DNA of 64,000 nucleotides from an uncultured bacterium (GTDB lineage Bacteria; Zixibacteria; MSB-5A5; JAABVY01; JAHJOQ01): NCBI GenBank assembly GCA_965369655.1, contig CBDUQR010000003.1, positions 32,354 to 96,353 of the forward strand, read 5' to 3'. Shown piece by piece: positions 62,148 to 64,000 of this stretch (position 1 is its first letter; each line of letters starts with the position of its first letter). The notes under the pieces were generated by a model. It saw only the letters and a program-made list of their open reading frames with translations, ran no database searches and was not told where the DNA came from. The position numbers and the translations under genes were made by a program.

Positions 62148-63071
62148 CTATTTCCCAATCTCCTGAAGTATCTTGATGTAACTCTCGTATCTCTCGGGGA
62201 ATATCTTCCCGGTTTTGACTGCATCTTTGACTGCGCAGTCAGGTTCGGTGTGATGGCTGCAATCGGAGAATCTGCACTGTCTCGAAACTTCGGCTATCTC
62301 AAAGTAGAACTGGTCGATATCCTGTCGGTTGAGTCTGGTCAGTCCGAGGGCGCGCAGTCCCGGAGTATCCACGACATATCCGCCGCATTCGAGCGGGAAG
62401 AGTTCGACGACAGTAGTTATGTGTTTTCCCTTTCCGGTCTTGTCGGATACCGTTCCCGTACGGAGCCTGAGACCAGGCTGCACGGCGTTCAACAAGCTCG
62501 ACTTGCCTGTGCCGGACTGTCCCACAATTACTGATTCCCTGCCGCTCAGTTTATTCCTGAGTTGATCGACGCCGAGACCTTCAGACGCGCTCGTCAGTAT
62601 TACATCGATACCGACAGAGCGGTAAATCTTCTCGATCCGGCCGAGATTGATAGTATGTGCCAGATCCGTCTTGTTGATCACAACCACTGGCTGCATCCCG
62701 CCCTGGATCGCAGTAATGATGAATCGGTCGATGAGGCGCAACCTGAACGGGGGATCCTTGACCGATGCCACAGCGATCATCTGATCGATATTTGCGGCAA
62801 TTAGTTGTTGCCGCTCTTTTCTGAGTGTCGTCTTTCTTTTTGCGAAGTATGTCTTTCGCGGAAGCACTTCTGTTATTACGCCGGTACGCTGCTCGCCGTC
62901 CGACGGCGGATTTGGATCAGTCTCGATTCTGACATCATCGCCGACCACAACCGGCGAGAGCTCGAACTCGGCGCTCTTCTTCACCGACCCCCTGACAGAA
63001 CAGAGCACAATCTCATCCGACAGCTTCACGTGGAAAGTACGCCCTGCGATTTTTATTACTCGACCTGTCAA
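62148..63071 (-). CDS. rsgA: Ribosome small subunit-dependent GTPase A
   Basis: VVGD.V, AANID, NKTDL, GQSGTGKSSLLN, GKHITT, DTPG, CRFSDCSHHTEPDCAV. Confidence 0.96.
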   Translation of the reverse strand: MTGRVIKIAGRTFHVKLSDEIVLCSVRGSVKKSAEFELSPVVVGDDVRIETDPNPPSDGEQRTGVITEVLPRKTYFAKRKTTLRKERQQLIAANIDQMIAVASVKDPPFRLRLIDRFIITAIQGGMQPVVVINKTDLAHTINLGRIEKIYRSVGIDVILTSASEGLGVDQLRNKLSGRESVIVGQSGTGKSSLLNAVQPGLRLRTGTVSDKTGKGKHITTVVELFPLECGGYVVDTPGLRALGLTRLNRQDIDQFYFEIAEVSRQCRFSDCSHHTEPDCAVKDAVKTGKIFPERYESYIKILQEIGK

Positions 63072-63141
63072 ATAGTTTCTGCTCTCTGTGTGGTCTCTCG
63101 ATCTGTCGCCTTATCAACTCCCACAGATCATTTGATGATTA

Positions 63142-63243
63142 AGTTTACAACTTATAAACACTGCTGTCAATCTCAAGATTCTCGGCCTTAAGACAGCGAC
63201 CTCTCGAATTCGCTTTGCACTTATGGCCTCTGAAGCATATTAT
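63142..63243. promoter_or_regulatory. Divergent sigma70-like promoters for rsgA and the GT2 gene
   Basis: Minus strand TTGACA(63170)-17-TAAACT; plus strand TTGCAC(63215)-17-TATTAT. Confidence 0.6.
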
Positions 63244-63270
63244 CACTTTCTGGAGGTTTTGGACGACTAT

Positions 63271-64000
63271 ATGCAATCTGACCAACTGCCACAGGTTTCG
63301 ATTCTGCTCGCTATTCGCAACGAGGAAGAGCATCTTGACAGATGCCTCGCGTCAATAGTGTCACAGGACTATCCACGCGACAGTATCGAGATCATCCTCG
63401 TCGATGGCATGTCGATCGACATGACGCTGGAAATCATCGAGAGTTGGAAAAGAAAAGACTCCCGCATTCGATCGCTGCAAAATCCTCGAATGATCGTCTC
63501 GACCGGTATGAATATTGGCATCGCGGAGGCGAGCCATGACCTGATCCTCTGGACATCGGGTCATGTCATCCTGCAGCCCGATCACATCAGGCGATGTGTG
63601 GATACGATGGAGAAAACGAATGCATCTGCCGTCGGCGGGGTGCTACAGGCAGCCGCCCTTACATCAACAGGTAAGATTAATGCCGCTGTCCTGTCGTCAC
63701 GCTTCGGCATAGGCAACGCGCCCCACAGAGTTGCGACGAGATCCGGGTGGGTGCCAGCGGTTACGATGGCATTATACAGGAAGCAGGCTATTATCAGGGT
63801 CGGCGGGTTCGATGAGTCTCTTCCGCGCAGCCAGGATAACGATCTACACGATCGCATGAATAGAATCGGCGAACGATCGTATCTTGACGTCAATATCAAA
63901 CCGACCTATCTCTGTCGGGAAACATTCGGAGGATTCCTGAAGCAGGCATGGACCAACGGCCTCTGGAATATAATAATCACAAAGACGGGCGGGCGCGGTT
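63271..64000 (+). CDS. Family 2 glycosyltransferase (ExoA-like), runs off window end
   Basis: Translated by hand: MQSDQLPQVSILLAIRNEEEHLDRCLASIVSQDYP..IEIILVDGMS.D; later GGFDESL...QD. Confidence 0.88.
   Translation, partial: MQSDQLPQVSILLAIRNEEEHLDRCLASIVSQDYPRDSIEIILVDGMSIDMTLEIIESWKRKDSRIRSLQNPRMIVSTGMNIGIAEASHDLILWTSGHVILQPDHIRRCVDTMEKTNASAVGGVLQAAALTSTGKINAAVLSSRFGIGNAPHRVATRSGWVPAVTMALYRKQAIIRVGGFDESLPRSQDNDLHDRMNRIGERSYLDVNIKPTYLCRETFGGFLKQAWTNGLWNIIITKTGGRG

Overview
Chromosomal window spanning the probable replication origin (dnaA-dnaN-recF-dciA-gyrB-gyrA, with DnaA boxes on both sides of dnaA) of a diderm bacterium. A PorV-like porin, a T9SS-type C-terminal domain, an exosortase and a GGGP synthase suggest an FCB-related lineage such as Zixibacteria; this is inference only. 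Contents from left to right: the tail of a toxin/immunity locus (Imm11-like, TIGR02270-like HEAT protein, 3D-domain protein); the oadGAB Na+ pump; an MSHA/T2SS-like pilus operon with a frameshifted major pilin and two MITE insertions at stop codons; S9 peptidase, waaL-like, gmhA, GGGPS, alaS, recX-recA-thpR-cinA-pgpA-pgsA; a Fic-wHTH gene preceded by a regular 41-bp-period array of CTTTAAT-N13-ATTAAAG palindromes; M3 peptidase; an exosortase/EpsI operon; gyrA/gyrB split by a REP-flanked GIY-YIG nuclease; the origin; Rrf2-ApbC; a Lon/IS630 relic; PorV plus a ~2,480-aa secreted protein; a Na+/H+ antiporter; rsgA; and a partial GT2. The strongest unexplained signals are the Fic-associated phased array and a nested REP/MITE system, one copy of which supplies the last 10 codons and the stop of alaS. 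No tRNA, rRNA or CRISPR array was recognised. All calls come from reading motifs by eye; no database search was run.
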